A DNA stretch of 64,000 nt from a virus, in IMG/VR virus record IMGVR_UViG_3300009428_000006, positions 11,238-75,237 of that record; one strand, written 5' to 3'. This document shows positions 10,128-21,560 of the stretch, in pieces (the first letter of the stretch is position 1; each line of letters begins with the position of its first letter). Below the pieces are notes generated by a model, which saw only the letters and a program-made list of their open reading frames with translations, was not told the DNA's origin and made no database searches. The position numbers were made by a program, and so were the translations under genes.

Positions 10128-11420
10128 ATGGCTGTAGAGCATAATATCCAACAGATTGATGAAGAAGGTACAGCAGGTAATGTATTATCTGACTATCAAG
10201 TACACACAATCAGTCTAGTTGGCAAAGGCGCGTTAGGTCGTAATATTACTAAGTTAAAAAGTAATGAAGAATTTATAGAAACTGAGGAGGGAAAAGCTAT
10301 CATGTCAAAGATTGATAAAGCTAAAGCTCTCGATGCAGAACAGGCTGAATTAGAAGCAGTTGCTTCAGAGGAAGTTGTTGAGACTGAAAAGTCAAAGTCT
10401 GCTGAAGAGCAAACCCCAGATGTTGAAGCTGAGGTGTCTGAGGACGCACCAGAAGAGACTTCAGAGGTTGAAGCTGTAGTTGAACAGACTGAGGAAGAAA
10501 ACCCCTCAGAGGATATTACAGAAGCATCAGAGGAAGAATCTGAACCTGTTGAGAAAGCTAAGGCTAAAGACAAGGCAAAAGAGGAAGACGAAGATGAGGA
10601 AGAAAAAGTAGAAGCTGATCCAGAAGGTGAAGAAGAAGATGCAAAGAAAGCGGTTGAACCGAAGAATGAAGATGAGAAAGTTGAGAAACAGAAAATGTAC
10701 TCAATGGACGAATATCTAGAAGCATCTAAATCAGCACTTGATGGTATATCTAAGTTGGTTAAAGAGATCAAAGCTAAAGCGCCTGAAGCAGAATCTTGGG
10801 AAGTGTTTGATGTTATATACGATACCGTTTACACAGTAGATGTGGCAACTTGGTATGATGATACAGCCACATGGAACAAGGTATGGGATGAGGTATGGGA
10901 TGAGGTTAATACTCGTACATCTAAAGCTAAATCTTTAAAAGTAGCTGAAGAAGCAACTCTTGATGACAAGTTAAAAGCACTTGAAGTTTCAGACCCTGCA
11001 CTTGCAGCCTTATTCCGTGAGAATAGTCAGAAAGCTTTACATGCTGAACAAGAACGTGAAGCTGTTATCCGAGCTAAAGCTCGTGAAGAAGGTGCTGAGA
11101 AATACAAACGCATCAGCTCTGAAGAGTGTACTACTGATCAGATCACAGACACAATGATTGATTTGGAAGTTTCTAATCCAGAAGCTTATTCTATTATTGC
11201 AAAAGCTTTGGATAATGCATCGGTAATTACATCTGCTGGTGAGTTATTCCGTGATGTAGGTAGTTCAGATACCGTCAACACAATGAGCCCAGATGAATTT
11301 GTAGAAGTCAAATCTAAGTCTTTAGCTGCTGAGAAAGATAAAGCAGGTGAGTCTTATAATATGGCTGCACTTCGTGCAACTGTACGTCAATCAGATGAAT
11401 ACGTAGCTAACTACGCTTAA
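10128..11420 (+). CDS. capsid scaffolding protein
   Basis: Highly acidic; ISLVGKGA motif; lies between protease and capsid. Confidence 0.65.
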   Translation: MAVEHNIQQIDEEGTAGNVLSDYQVHTISLVGKGALGRNITKLKSNEEFIETEEGKAIMSKIDKAKALDAEQAELEAVASEEVVETEKSKSAEEQTPDVEAEVSEDAPEETSEVEAVVEQTEEENPSEDITEASEEESEPVEKAKAKDKAKEEDEDEEEKVEADPEGEEEDAKKAVEPKNEDEKVEKQKMYSMDEYLEASKSALDGISKLVKEIKAKAPEAESWEVFDVIYDTVYTVDVATWYDDTATWNKVWDEVWDEVNTRTSKAKSLKVAEEATLDDKLKALEVSDPALAALFRENSQKALHAEQEREAVIRAKAREEGAEKYKRISSEECTTDQITDTMIDLEVSNPEAYSIIAKALDNASVITSAGELFRDVGSSDTVNTMSPDEFVEVKSKSLAAEKDKAGESYNMAALRATVRQSDEYVANYA

Positions 11421-11465
11421 TGTCATTTGTAAATAAAAATAATAATAACAATAAAGGAGACATTA

Positions 11466-12599
11466 ATGTCTGAACAAGTAAATAAAGCTAAAGCCGTTGT
11501 TGGTGGTGAAGCTGGTGTAAACGGTCTATCTTCAGTTCACGTAGATAAGCCACTTTCTGATTTTTCTGTAAAAGTTGTACAAGATGATACACACTTTAAA
11601 GCCCGTCAGATCCTAAGTAACTTTAACTCTAAGCATCGTCAAGATATGTACTACTTCTATGAACCTGCATATTTCATGATCAATCAGGTTAAAGAACGTG
11701 CAGAGGGTGCAGAAGCAGCTAAGGCTAAATATGGCGTAAGTCGTAAACCATTCACTACTAAAGTATATGCACTTAAGCAGCCAGTTACAGATGAGACTGT
11801 AGCAAATGCTGATAAGCCTATTGATCGTATCTATGAAGATGCAGCTCAATTTGTTACTCGTCAGTTCCTTCTTAACAAAGAGAAGAAAATGGCTGAAGCT
11901 ATCCTAGCTGATGGTGTATGGGGTACAGATTGGACAGGCCAAGATGCAGCTCTTACTGATCCATTAGCTGTTGTAGAAGCAGGTGCTTTCCAGAAGTTCA
12001 CAGCAGCAACATCTAAGCCTTTAGATGTATTAGATGAAGCTATGCAGACTATCCAGCTTAAATCAGGCTTACGTCCTAACACAATGGTACTAACACGTAC
12101 TGTATGGACAGCCCTTAAGCGTAATGCTTCAATCAAGACCACTAAGCTATATACTAACGGTAACTCTGGTTCTGATGATGCTATCATGGATACTATCGCC
12201 AGCCACCTAGGTATCATGGCCTCTGACATCTATGTATTAGATGTGGTTGAGCCAGCTTCAGCAGCTACAATTGATGGCACTACTTACCAAATCACTACTG
12301 ATGCAGAAGGCTATGCAACTAATGCTGCTGGTGACACAACTCTTGCTAATCAATTTATTGGTGGTAATGGTATCTTACTTATGCATGTAGATAAGACTTC
12401 AAATGGTCAATACTCAGCAACTGCTGCAGTATGTGCTCAGTGGACTGGTTTATACCCTGATGGTGGTGAACTAGGTAATACTGTGTTTAAACGCTACCAC
12501 ATGGAAGAATTTAGCTCTGAGTTCATCGAAGGCCGTACAGCCTTTAGCTACCATATCGTAGCACCTGCATTAGGTTTATTCTTAAAAGATGTAATCTAA
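11466..12599 (+). CDS. major capsid protein
   Basis: 377 aa, strongly biased codon usage, strong RBS, position, followed by a terminator; VDKPLSDFSV and GLRPNTMVL motifs. Confidence 0.88.
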   Translation: MSEQVNKAKAVVGGEAGVNGLSSVHVDKPLSDFSVKVVQDDTHFKARQILSNFNSKHRQDMYYFYEPAYFMINQVKERAEGAEAAKAKYGVSRKPFTTKVYALKQPVTDETVANADKPIDRIYEDAAQFVTRQFLLNKEKKMAEAILADGVWGTDWTGQDAALTDPLAVVEAGAFQKFTAATSKPLDVLDEAMQTIQLKSGLRPNTMVLTRTVWTALKRNASIKTTKLYTNGNSGSDDAIMDTIASHLGIMASDIYVLDVVEPASAATIDGTTYQITTDAEGYATNAAGDTTLANQFIGGNGILLMHVDKTSNGQYSATAAVCAQWTGLYPDGGELGNTVFKRYHMEEFSSEFIEGRTAFSYHIVAPALGLFLKDVI

Positions 12600-12623
12600 T
12601 AGCTTAAAGCTATAATAAATTAT

Positions 12624-12658
12624 GGGCAAGATGGGAACTCCTGTCTTGCCCTATTTTT
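12624..12658 (+). terminator. Rho-independent terminator after the capsid gene
   Basis: GGGCAAGATGGGA-ac-TCCTGTCTTGCCC followed by a T-run. Confidence 0.85.
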
Positions 12659-12672
12659 CGTAAGGAGTAAAA

Positions 12673-13170
12673 ATGAGCTTAAAAAGAGAAAATCGAGAGT
12701 ATGATCCTTGGAACACAGGTACACTCTATGTTCTTAGTGAAAAGCTAATCGCAGATGGATATGAATTAAAGTTCGGTGACGCATATCCAGAGTATTGCCA
12801 CTTAGCAGTCATGCACACGCATTTCAACAATGGTGTGATAGGTACTAAAGAAGAGCTTGACAGTCTACAAGGTCATCCTTTAAAGTTGTATATTGACAAT
12901 GGTTTTATGATGCCAATTGCCATGTTTGTAGCTAACCCATATGAAGCAGTACCGCCTTCAGAGTTTAATCCTAATATTGATGCAAGTGCATTAGATGAAG
13001 ATGAAGATAAATTCTATATGGAAAATGCTGAACTACTGAAGAACAAGAAAGATTTGATAGGCTATGCAAAGCAATTTAAAATTAACCTACCTAATAAGAC
13101 TACAGTTAGCATCAAAAAGATGTTAGAGATTTTAGAACAGGAAGCCAAGAAAAAAGGTCTCCTTGATTAA
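12673..13170 (+). CDS. hypothetical head-module protein
   Basis: ORF with AAGGAG RBS. Confidence 0.7.
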   Translation: MSLKRENREYDPWNTGTLYVLSEKLIADGYELKFGDAYPEYCHLAVMHTHFNNGVIGTKEELDSLQGHPLKLYIDNGFMMPIAMFVANPYEAVPPSEFNPNIDASALDEDEDKFYMENAELLKNKKDLIGYAKQFKINLPNKTTVSIKKMLEILEQEAKKKGLLD

Positions 13171-13179
13171 GGAGTACTT

Positions 13180-13947
13180 ATGTCTACAGTTTTAGATATC
13201 CCAGAAAGGGATGGACAAGATGGTGCTACACAGTTAGCATATCTAAGATCATATTTAAAAGATACAGAAATAGGGAACTATACATATAGTGACAATCTTC
13301 TTATTGAACTGCTGGTAGAAAGTGACCGTGTAGCTGTGTGGCAAGACCTGACAGGCTACTTAGGAGAAACCCCTTGGAATTACACCACTACAGCACCAAT
13401 AAGCTATGAGAGTCGTATAAGGATGCTCACAGGTGACACAGATGAAGGTGCTCTTAGGTATACTGATTATGACTTACAGGTATTCTTAGAAACTATCCCC
13501 CTGCGTTACATTGTTAAACTTATAAACGCAGAGGGAGACGATAGTGTCACTTATCCTACTAATGATGTTAACAATCCTATTTATATTGTGCGGAGATACC
13601 TCGGAGACACAGATACCAATAATGTGAAGTATAGAGATGCAGACATAACTCAAATGTTATTCAACTCTAGACTAGATCCTTTTGCATTTGTTGCAGAAGA
13701 GTTATCAAGATCAGCAGGAGAGGTTGTAAGTGATTCCGTTGCATCTGGTGGTAATGATCTTGCCTCCTTAGATGGTATCTCATTTAGTGAAGAGGGGAAA
13801 AGGACAGATAATCTAGTCAGTGATATATCTTTCATCCAGTCTCAAGCCATCACTTCTGTTTACTTTAAAAATCCCGTATACGGTTTCTGGATAGACGGTG
13901 AGAACCTTGTTGATACAGAATGGGAGAAGTCTTGGTATGGCATATAA
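13180..13947 (+). CDS. head-tail adaptor-like protein with three internal repeats
   Basis: Repeats LRSYLKDT, IRMLTGDT and VRRYLGDT; position. Confidence 0.6.
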   Translation: MSTVLDIPERDGQDGATQLAYLRSYLKDTEIGNYTYSDNLLIELLVESDRVAVWQDLTGYLGETPWNYTTTAPISYESRIRMLTGDTDEGALRYTDYDLQVFLETIPLRYIVKLINAEGDDSVTYPTNDVNNPIYIVRRYLGDTDTNNVKYRDADITQMLFNSRLDPFAFVAEELSRSAGEVVSDSVASGGNDLASLDGISFSEEGKRTDNLVSDISFIQSQAITSVYFKNPVYGFWIDGENLVDTEWEKSWYGI

Positions 13948-14326
13948 TAGAGAGGCTTCTCAAGTTCAAAAGGCTATTCTAAGAGCAGGAGATGGAGCAG
14001 AAGCTGTTTTTAAAACAACAGGAGGTACTGACCCTATTACGGGATTTCCTGACGGCACAGGTCGAACAGAGGTTCTCAACTTTGTAGTTGTCAACTATTC
14101 TAGAGAAGATATAGCAAATCCTGCCCTTGCGAATGGTATGCTGAAAATCTTAGTATCACCTTTAAAAGTTAGTGGAGAAAGTATTACAGATTTTGTAGAC
14201 CTAGTGGAAAATAAGGGTCTGAAAATCACCTTGCCAGATGGTAAGAAGTTTACAGCTAAGTATTCACAAATAACCAGAGCAGATGGTGTCACACCGATTC
14301 TTGCTCGTATATTTCTAGGAGCATAA
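13937..14326 (+). CDS. head closure / head-tail joining protein
   Basis: GGTDPITG motif and position; ATG at 13937 preferred as start. Confidence 0.55.
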   Translation: MAYNREASQVQKAILRAGDGAEAVFKTTGGTDPITGFPDGTGRTEVLNFVVVNYSREDIANPALANGMLKILVSPLKVSGESITDFVDLVENKGLKITLPDGKKFTAKYSQITRADGVTPILARIFLGA

Positions 14327-14327
14327 T

Positions 14328-14837
14328 ATGTCAGTATTTGTAGACCTAGATATTAGGTTAAAACTGAACACACACTTATACACACTAGGAACAGAGACAG
14401 GGGATAATGGCAAAAGTCGTCAACTGGATACATCTGTATATGGATTTCCAGCTTTCCCCACAGCAGATATATTTGTAGCGGAAGGAGAGAGAGCAGAGAA
14501 TAAGCCACAGGATAAATCTTGGGTGGAACACTTTTTAGTAAAATCTCCTCAAACAATATACACACCTGCTGGTTGCGGTATCTCAAGAAAAGCATACCAG
14601 TATGGTATATGGGTAAAGACACCTTTAGAATATGGATCTGTTTACAATGAAATGATAGCAGGTCTTATTGAAGAGCACTTCCCCAACAACATGCACATAT
14701 CTTTAGATAATGGCAATACCCTTACAATTTTAAAAACATATCAACAAGCTACTGTGGTTACTGATAGTGACTCAGGTAGGATGTTTAACAGAGTTTTCAT
14801 AGATTGTGAGAACTACTTTAATAATAATAATAAATAG
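14328..14837 (+). CDS. tail terminator / completion protein
   Basis: Position immediately before the tail tube gene; size. Confidence 0.55.
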   Translation: MSVFVDLDIRLKLNTHLYTLGTETGDNGKSRQLDTSVYGFPAFPTADIFVAEGERAENKPQDKSWVEHFLVKSPQTIYTPAGCGISRKAYQYGIWVKTPLEYGSVYNEMIAGLIEEHFPNNMHISLDNGNTLTILKTYQQATVVTDSDSGRMFNRVFIDCENYFNNNNK

Positions 14838-14848
14838 GAGAATATTCT

Positions 14849-16087
14849 ATGGCAACACTCTTTAAGGGTGATAACTCTACAATTACATTAGTAGAGGAAG
14901 ATCAGGGTTGGGCAAAACCACCTTCAAGTTATGCAGGTGGCAAGTTCTTCCAGAATAATGATGGAAGTTTCGATGAGACACGTGGTACTATTGAATCAGA
15001 AGCGAGTACACCTAATGCACAGTTAGACAGTGTTCGACTTGGTAATAAGAATGTAGCAGGTTCATTTCCTGTTGAGATTGACCCTGAGAATTACACAGCA
15101 TTGCTGGAATCCGCTTTGTATGGTGAAGCAACATTAAGTGGTACAGATGTAAGTCTTACCGCAGTAGATGTTTCTGGTACTAAGAAATTTGAACTTGTAA
15201 TCCCAATGACAACAGGTGAGCAAGCTACAGCAGGTATCTCTGTAGGTACTATCTTTAATCTTGTAGTAGAAGCACCACTGGCAAGCCTTTCAGATATTGC
15301 AGTAGTTGAATCTGTTACAGCTACAGATGTCACATTCTACTGCCCAGCTCAGAAATCAGAAACACTTGCAACTACCTCTGTAGATCTTACAGTTGAGTCT
15401 ATTGAGAATATCCGACCTGATCGTAGTATTAAATCTTTCAATGCAGAAGAGATTTTGTATTCAGAGGATGGTGCAACTATTGCACGATTTATGACAGCAG
15501 GTTGTGTAGTTTCTGGTGTGTCTTTTGATCTTCCTTCTGATGCGTCTGCTAAGGCAACATTTTCAATGTTAGCATCAGGAAAATATGCAGGTCAAGAGTA
15601 TAGTACATTTGATCCTACACTAACAGACAGTACAGATGCACACACAAGTGTATTGCCTCACGTAAAATATGACCCACTTGTACTTCAAGATGGTGAATTA
15701 ATTTCTAACGAAACTAATACACGTTGTATTTGGATGTCAGGGTCTGTGGGTATTGAAAATGGCACAGAGACTCACTTCGTAGGTTGTGATTTTGATGCAA
15801 TTGGTACAGTGTCTGGTAAGTTACGAATCACACTTGACTATGAAGCATTGTTCCAAAGTGAAGACGACTTCGTATCTTTCCGAAATGAGAAATACAACAA
15901 AGTACTTCTTAAATTGAAAGACCGAGCAAGTGATAAATCTTTAATTATCTATCTGCCAGCCTTTAAAGCTACAGCGTACACATTGAATAATCCAAACTCT
16001 GGACTTGTAACTGCGAGTATCAGTGGCATGGCTACAGTTGATGCAGGAGCTGGAGACAGCCTTGTTATTGGTGTTTTAAATGGCTAA
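14849..16087 (+). CDS. major tail tube protein
   Basis: TIESEA..VRLGNKNVAGSFPVE and GCVVSGVSF..ATFSMLA motifs; beta-rich; position. Confidence 0.82.
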   Translation: MATLFKGDNSTITLVEEDQGWAKPPSSYAGGKFFQNNDGSFDETRGTIESEASTPNAQLDSVRLGNKNVAGSFPVEIDPENYTALLESALYGEATLSGTDVSLTAVDVSGTKKFELVIPMTTGEQATAGISVGTIFNLVVEAPLASLSDIAVVESVTATDVTFYCPAQKSETLATTSVDLTVESIENIRPDRSIKSFNAEEILYSEDGATIARFMTAGCVVSGVSFDLPSDASAKATFSMLASGKYAGQEYSTFDPTLTDSTDAHTSVLPHVKYDPLVLQDGELISNETNTRCIWMSGSVGIENGTETHFVGCDFDAIGTVSGKLRITLDYEALFQSEDDFVSFRNEKYNKVLLKLKDRASDKSLIIYLPAFKATAYTLNNPNSGLVTASISGMATVDAGAGDSLVIGVLNG

Positions 16088-16505
16088 TTCACTTTCAGCG
16101 GCTATTAAGGCTACTGTTCGTGAACTGGAGATGATCAAGCAAGACTTGATCATCTCTCATCAAGTGACTATGTATGAGATTGGAGAGAGGCTTGTTTATT
16201 ATACACCCTTGAAGACAGGTCTCGCCTCTAATAATTGGAATGTTACAGCAGACGGCACAACAGAGGCAGAGAGAGGGGCAGGGTTTGAAGGCGGAAAAGG
16301 TCTATCATCTTTAAATGCGATTTCATACCAAGTCAAAGATTTATATAAGAAACCAGAATCACTGTTCTATAATCCTGTAGACTACATATGGGATCTAGAA
16401 GCAGGTAGTTCAAGACAGGCTCCTAATGGAATGGTGACACCAACAGTTCCTCAAGTGGAGAATATTTGGATATATAATTTACAGAAGAACGGATTAATAG
16501 GATAA
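16080..16505 (+). CDS. HK97 gp10-like neck/tail component
   Basis: TPLKTGLASNNW...NPVDYIWDLEAGSSRQAPNGM. Confidence 0.75.
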   Translation: MANSLSAAIKATVRELEMIKQDLIISHQVTMYEIGERLVYYTPLKTGLASNNWNVTADGTTEAERGAGFEGGKGLSSLNAISYQVKDLYKKPESLFYNPVDYIWDLEAGSSRQAPNGMVTPTVPQVENIWIYNLQKNGLIG

Positions 16506-16516
16506 GGAAACATTTA

Positions 16517-16996
16517 ATGGCAAAGTTTGCAATTAGCGGAACACAATTCCGAACAGTTAAGAAAGATATCAAATTAGATATTATAGGTAAAGATGGCAAG
16601 GTACAAAAAGACACTGTGGTAGGTTGGGTAGAGATTCGAGGAGAAGATGATCCTATTTATCAAAAGCGAGTAGCTCCTCATATCATTGCTTATCAAGAAG
16701 ATACTGAACTTGCTCGTAAAGAGATTCAAGAGATCAAAGAGAAAGCTGAAAAAGATAAAGTAGAGGATGTTGATATTAGTGTTCCTCAGGAGAAGTTTAA
16801 AGAAGCCATTGAGAGCTTCATGAGAGAGGCTGTAATTGCATCAATTGAAAAATGGGATGAAGGGTTCTTTGAAGGTGAATACTCTCCTCAGAGAGCTTCT
16901 GAGTTGTTCTCAGACCCAGCTAATAATCACATCTATAACCAACTAGCAGCTCTTATTAAGGATAGAGAGGCTTTTTTGCCAAGTGCAAGTGCATAG
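16517..16996 (+). CDS. tail assembly chaperone (gpG-like)
   Basis: Lies between tail tube and tape measure genes; ends at a slippery heptamer. Confidence 0.8.
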   Translation: MAKFAISGTQFRTVKKDIKLDIIGKDGKVQKDTVVGWVEIRGEDDPIYQKRVAPHIIAYQEDTELARKEIQEIKEKAEKDKVEDVDISVPQEKFKEAIESFMREAVIASIEKWDEGFFEGEYSPQRASELFSDPANNHIYNQLAALIKDREAFLPSASA

Positions 16997-17352
16997 TTGT
17001 AGAATGGATAGAATTACACGCTGCACTTGATGTTCCAGTAAGGAAAGGTAAGAAAGTACATGTTGCCAGAAATGCTCATAAACTCAAAGAAGAGAAGTTT
17101 GGTGAAAAGTCTGACTTGTTAGAAAGAGAGCGTAATCTAGACATTTCAGATGTAGGATCATTGATTGATCTTTTCTGGGATGTGCATTACCTTAGGGAGC
17201 AAAGTACGGACTTAGGAGTCCCTTCTTTTAATCCTACCAAGATGAGGGATCACTTTGAACTCTCAGGCAGGAAGGTGAGTAAATGGGAATACAAAGTTCT
17301 AATGGAAATGGATCTTGCATATAGAGCTACAGTAATAGATAATTATAAATAG
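16972..17352 (+). CDS. -1 frameshift extension of the tail chaperone (gpT-like)
   Basis: Heptamer T TTT TTG at 16972-16978; the -1 frame is open to 17352 and includes ORF 17116-17352. Confidence 0.8.
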   Translation, partial: FFAKCKCIVVEWIELHAALDVPVRKGKKVHVARNAHKLKEEKFGEKSDLLERERNLDISDVGSLIDLFWDVHYLREQSTDLGVPSFNPTKMRDHFELSGRKVSKWEYKVLMEMDLAYRATVIDNYK

Positions 17353-17363
17353 GAGCAAAGCTT

Positions 17364-20300
17364 ATGGCTCAAGAAGCCGAACTCAGGATTAAGCATGACA
17401 GCGTTGAGAAGACAACATCGGCAATTGATGCTTTAATAAGCAAGCTTGATCAACTAGACAAAGGTCTTGATAAATTAAGTACCGAGAATAAAGCACAAGA
17501 AGCTTCGCAAACTAAATTAAATACAGCACTAAAGGCAGCAGAGATTGCTAGGAAGAAAGCTGTAGACATGTTAGGATTGCACCAACAAGGTCTTCACAAG
17601 CTCAGTGATGCGTATGCAACTGAGCAAGCAGCTATAAAAGCTAGAGAAGTCGCTGCTAAGAAAGGTATAGAAACAGGAAGTAAAGAATATGACATACTTC
17701 TCAACAACATCAAGGCAACAGAGTTAGCAACAACAGCTTCTAAGAGATTAGCAGCAGAGCAAGCTCAGAAAGTCGCTGAGATGACTAAATCACAAAAGGC
17801 AGCAGAGCTAGAGGCACTAGCTCAAGGCAAGCAGACAGCCGCTGAGAAGGCTCAGGAGAAAGCACTAGCATCCTCTAATATAGCCAGAGAAACGGCAACA
17901 AAGCTTCTCAAGCTAGAAGAGAAAGGTTTAGACAGACTGAGTGATGAGTATGCAGAGGCCAGAGGAGAAATCCTTGGAATTGAAAGGGCTAAGCAGAAAG
18001 GACTTAAAACAGGATCTGATGAATACAACCAGATAGTAAAGAATACCAAAGCCATAGAGCAATCTACCGCAGCCAGAAAGCGTCTTCAGAAAGAAACAAC
18101 AGAAAGCACTAAGGGTGCGAGTAAGTTCACTGACGGACTAGATGATATGGCTAAACAGGCAGCACTTGTAGATGGACCATTAGGCGGTATAGCCTCACGA
18201 CTTACAACCTTAAGTACTATTCTTAAGTCTACAGGCGGCATAGGAGGGGCAATAGCCCTAACAGGCCTTGGTATAGGTGTTGCATTGTTTACCCAACAAC
18301 TTTCCAGAGGCATAACAACTGCTAAAGAGTCTGAGGTTGCATTTAAAACACTTGAAGCTCAAATAGAGGCAACAGGTAATGCAGCAGGGTACTCAGCTAC
18401 CCAATTAGACATGATGGCCAGAAACATAGCAAGAGGTACTTTAGACAGTACAGATAATGTAAGAACTAGTATTCAATCTCTCCTGTCTTTTACAAATGTC
18501 TCATCTGCTGTGTTTGAAGATGTCATAAGGAAATCTCAAGATATTGCTATTGTGGCTGGTAAATCCACTAAAGAAGTTGTTAATCAGCTTGGCAGAGTGC
18601 TGGATAATCCCATCTCTAAACTAGAGTCTCTAAAAGAGTTGAGGATTGATCTTGAAAAAGGTGATAAGGATCGGATAAAGAGTTTACAAGTAGAAGGTAG
18701 ACTTTATGAAGCTCAAGAGATAATCCTAAGCAGAATTAATGAAAGGTATGGAGATATAGCTAGGGCGCAAGCAGACACCTTAGCTGGAGATCTTGATACG
18801 GTCAATCAGCAATGGACAGAGTTGTTCGAAACACTAGGAAGAGGGGCTAGTGGCCCACTCAGGACAGTTGTTCAAAACTGGTCTCAATGGCTAGAGCTCG
18901 CACAACAACTATCAGAGACAGATGTTGAAACCATGCTGAGAAAGCAAAGAAATGAGATGCAGGGACTTACCAAGACATCAGAAGACACAGCCAAGCAAAT
19001 AGCCCTAATAGATCAGCGTCTCGAAGAATTGAGTAAGTCAAGTGATGAACTTAGCCTATCAGATGAGGTGAAAAGGCTATCGCTAGAGGCAGGGACTGCT
19101 GTTGAGGGCTTCCTTAGGATGCAAGCATCTTGGTTTGGAATAGGTGACGGTATAATCTCCGCTAGAGAACTTTCTGACAGATTTTATACAGATGAGCAGA
19201 AAGAATCTATTTCGCTATTAAGACTTAAAGAAGAATTGGTAGAAAAACAGAAACAGCAAAATGGTGAGTATTCTAACTATGTATCTCTCCTGACAGATGC
19301 ACAGCAGAAAGCAAGAGAAACTTCTGAACAAGAACTTGAAAAGCAGAAGCAACTTACAGCAGCCTTCTTGCAGGCAGGGGATACAGCAAGTGACTACTAC
19401 CTTTCAGTTAAAGCTGGACAAGATGCATTAACAGAGGCTACGAAAAGAGAACTTGCTGTATCAGAAGAGTCTCTCTCTAAGATTAAGAATGTTATTGCAG
19501 GTGGGAAAGAGAATCTTACAGTTCAAGAAAAAGAGCTAAAGATTATTTATGAGAACATCCTAGCAACATCTGATCTTACTAGGCAACGTGTAACTTACAA
19601 CACTGTACTTCAAAAGACCAAATCCCTACAAGCGCAGCAAGATGGTCTTGAAAGAGAAGTAGAATTATACAAGGCAACGACAAGTGGTATACTTAAGAAC
19701 TCAGAGGCTTTTATTCAATTATCAGCTAGTATCAAGACGGCTAATGATATAAAAAGGATAAGCGGAGAAGTTACTGAAGCACAGACTAAGGCTTTGTATC
19801 AATAGAATGTAGAATTACTAAAAGCACAACGTAACCAAGCTGTACTTAATGCATTAAAAGCTAGTGATGCAAATAGTGCAAACGTAGCTACACTTAATAG
19901 GCAAATAGAATTACAAAAACTTTTGTCAACAGGTGTTAGTAAGACATCTTCTGAATACATTTATGAAGAAGAGCGTTTAAAAGCTCTTAACACTATCAAG
20001 ACAAATGCAGTAGCTATAGATAGTCAAGAGTATATGCAATTACTTAAGAACGCAGAGGCAATAGCTGCTAAAAGATCTGAACTACAAAAGTATCAGGACT
20101 TAGCAGATGCAGGTATTAGTTTCTCATCTACAGGTGGTGCTCAGATAGAAGGTACACTAAACCAACTAACATCGGCACTTCCTGATGAACTTATTAAGCT
20201 AGACAATCTTGTAGATGTTGAGAATGGTATTTCTCAAGAAATGGTGGATAAGCTAAAAGAAAATCTTAAAGCCACTTTCATGGATGAAAAGAATGAAATA

Positions 20301-21140
20301 CTCATTCCATTAGGTTTCTTTGTAGATGAAGAAGGAGCTATTCAGGCAGCAACAGAGTTAAATCTTCTACAGGAGGAATTGCGGGTTCAGGAAAAAGAAC
20401 TTAAAGAGTTGTGGCAGGAAGAAGATCTTATAACTGAAGAGCAATATCTGGAAAGAAAGAGGCAGCTAAATGTAGATTATGAAGATAAGATAACCAATGC
20501 TAAGATAGCTGCTTGGGAAGCCACAGCAGAAGCTCAAGCATTATCAAGACAAGGGGAGGTGGCAGGTGTCATATCTAGTGGCGCTAAGATGTTATCAGCG
20601 GTTGCAGGTAACAGTAAGAAGTTGGCTAAGATCTCTAAAGCTGCTGCAATCTTTGAAACATCAACGGCACTCGTTCAAAGTATAGCTAAGGCATCAGCAG
20701 TAGGTTGGCCAGCCAACATACCTATAATAGCAGAAGCGTTTGCAACAGGTACGCAGTTGGTAGGTCAGGCAAGATCTTTGAAAGAGCCATCTTTTGCTTT
20801 CGGTGGTGTAGATATTCAGGGGGAAGGTACAGGCAGATCAGATAGTATCAAGGCAAATATTGCAAGAGGTGAGTCAGTAATGACAGCCCCTGCCACAGCT
20901 AGATATAAGGATACTCTTGAAAGAATGAATGCTGGATTACCTATCAGACAAGGAGGTGGTAGTTCATTTACATCTTCTCCAGTTATCAATATCCAAGGGG
21001 ACGCTTCAGAACGGACTGTAGGTCTTATTGAGTCTAAGCTAAGGGATTATGAGAACAGGGTTGAACAGATAGCTCAGGGTGTCTCTCTGCAGTCTATACA
21101 GCAGGAGAATGAAGTCGGTGGGTTCTTGAACCCGATATAA
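17364..21140 (+). CDS. tape measure protein (1258 codons) with in-frame TAG at 19803-19805
   Basis: Ala/Lys/Glu-rich helical repeats; C-terminal FAFGG..GTGRSDSI..ARGESVM; both ORFs share one frame with only one stop between them. Confidence 0.88.
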
Positions 21141-21160
21141 CAAAATAAGGAGGAAGATTA

Positions 21161-21547
21161 GTGGCAATCATTGATCTTCCTTACCAAGATATCATTGATA
21201 GAGAATCTGGAGCTACATCTGATAGCTTCGATCTAAATGAGATTGTATATTCTGGTAAGGTATCACAACGGACATTTAATGGTCCCAGTATTGAAGCATC
21301 TCGAAACTCTATATGGAAAGTCTCATGGAAGCTCTTAGAGTTTGACAAGGGGCAAGGTGTCGATCATGATATAGAAGTGGTCAGAGAGTTTTACAAACTG
21401 GCGTACATAAATAAGGTAAGGTGGAAACCTTTCGACATACCTCAGACAAGGATCTGGAGGACCGTACCCAACTCTTATAAAGAGAGTAACACGGCAGGTA
21501 CAATATTTGAAGCATCATTAAGTTTAGAATACTTATATAACGAATAA
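21161..21547 (+). CDS. distal tail protein (lambda gpM-like)
   Basis: Position after the tape measure gene; size. Confidence 0.6.
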   Translation: MAIIDLPYQDIIDRESGATSDSFDLNEIVYSGKVSQRTFNGPSIEASRNSIWKVSWKLLEFDKGQGVDHDIEVVREFYKLAYINKVRWKPFDIPQTRIWRTVPNSYKESNTAGTIFEASLSLEYLYNE

Positions 21548-21560
21548 AGGAGGAAGGCCA

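Noticed and set aside
10196-10771. 191-aa Ser-rich minus-strand ORF and other antisense ORFs inside structural genes
   Set aside because: Shadow ORFs of biased coding sequence with no RBS or motifs.
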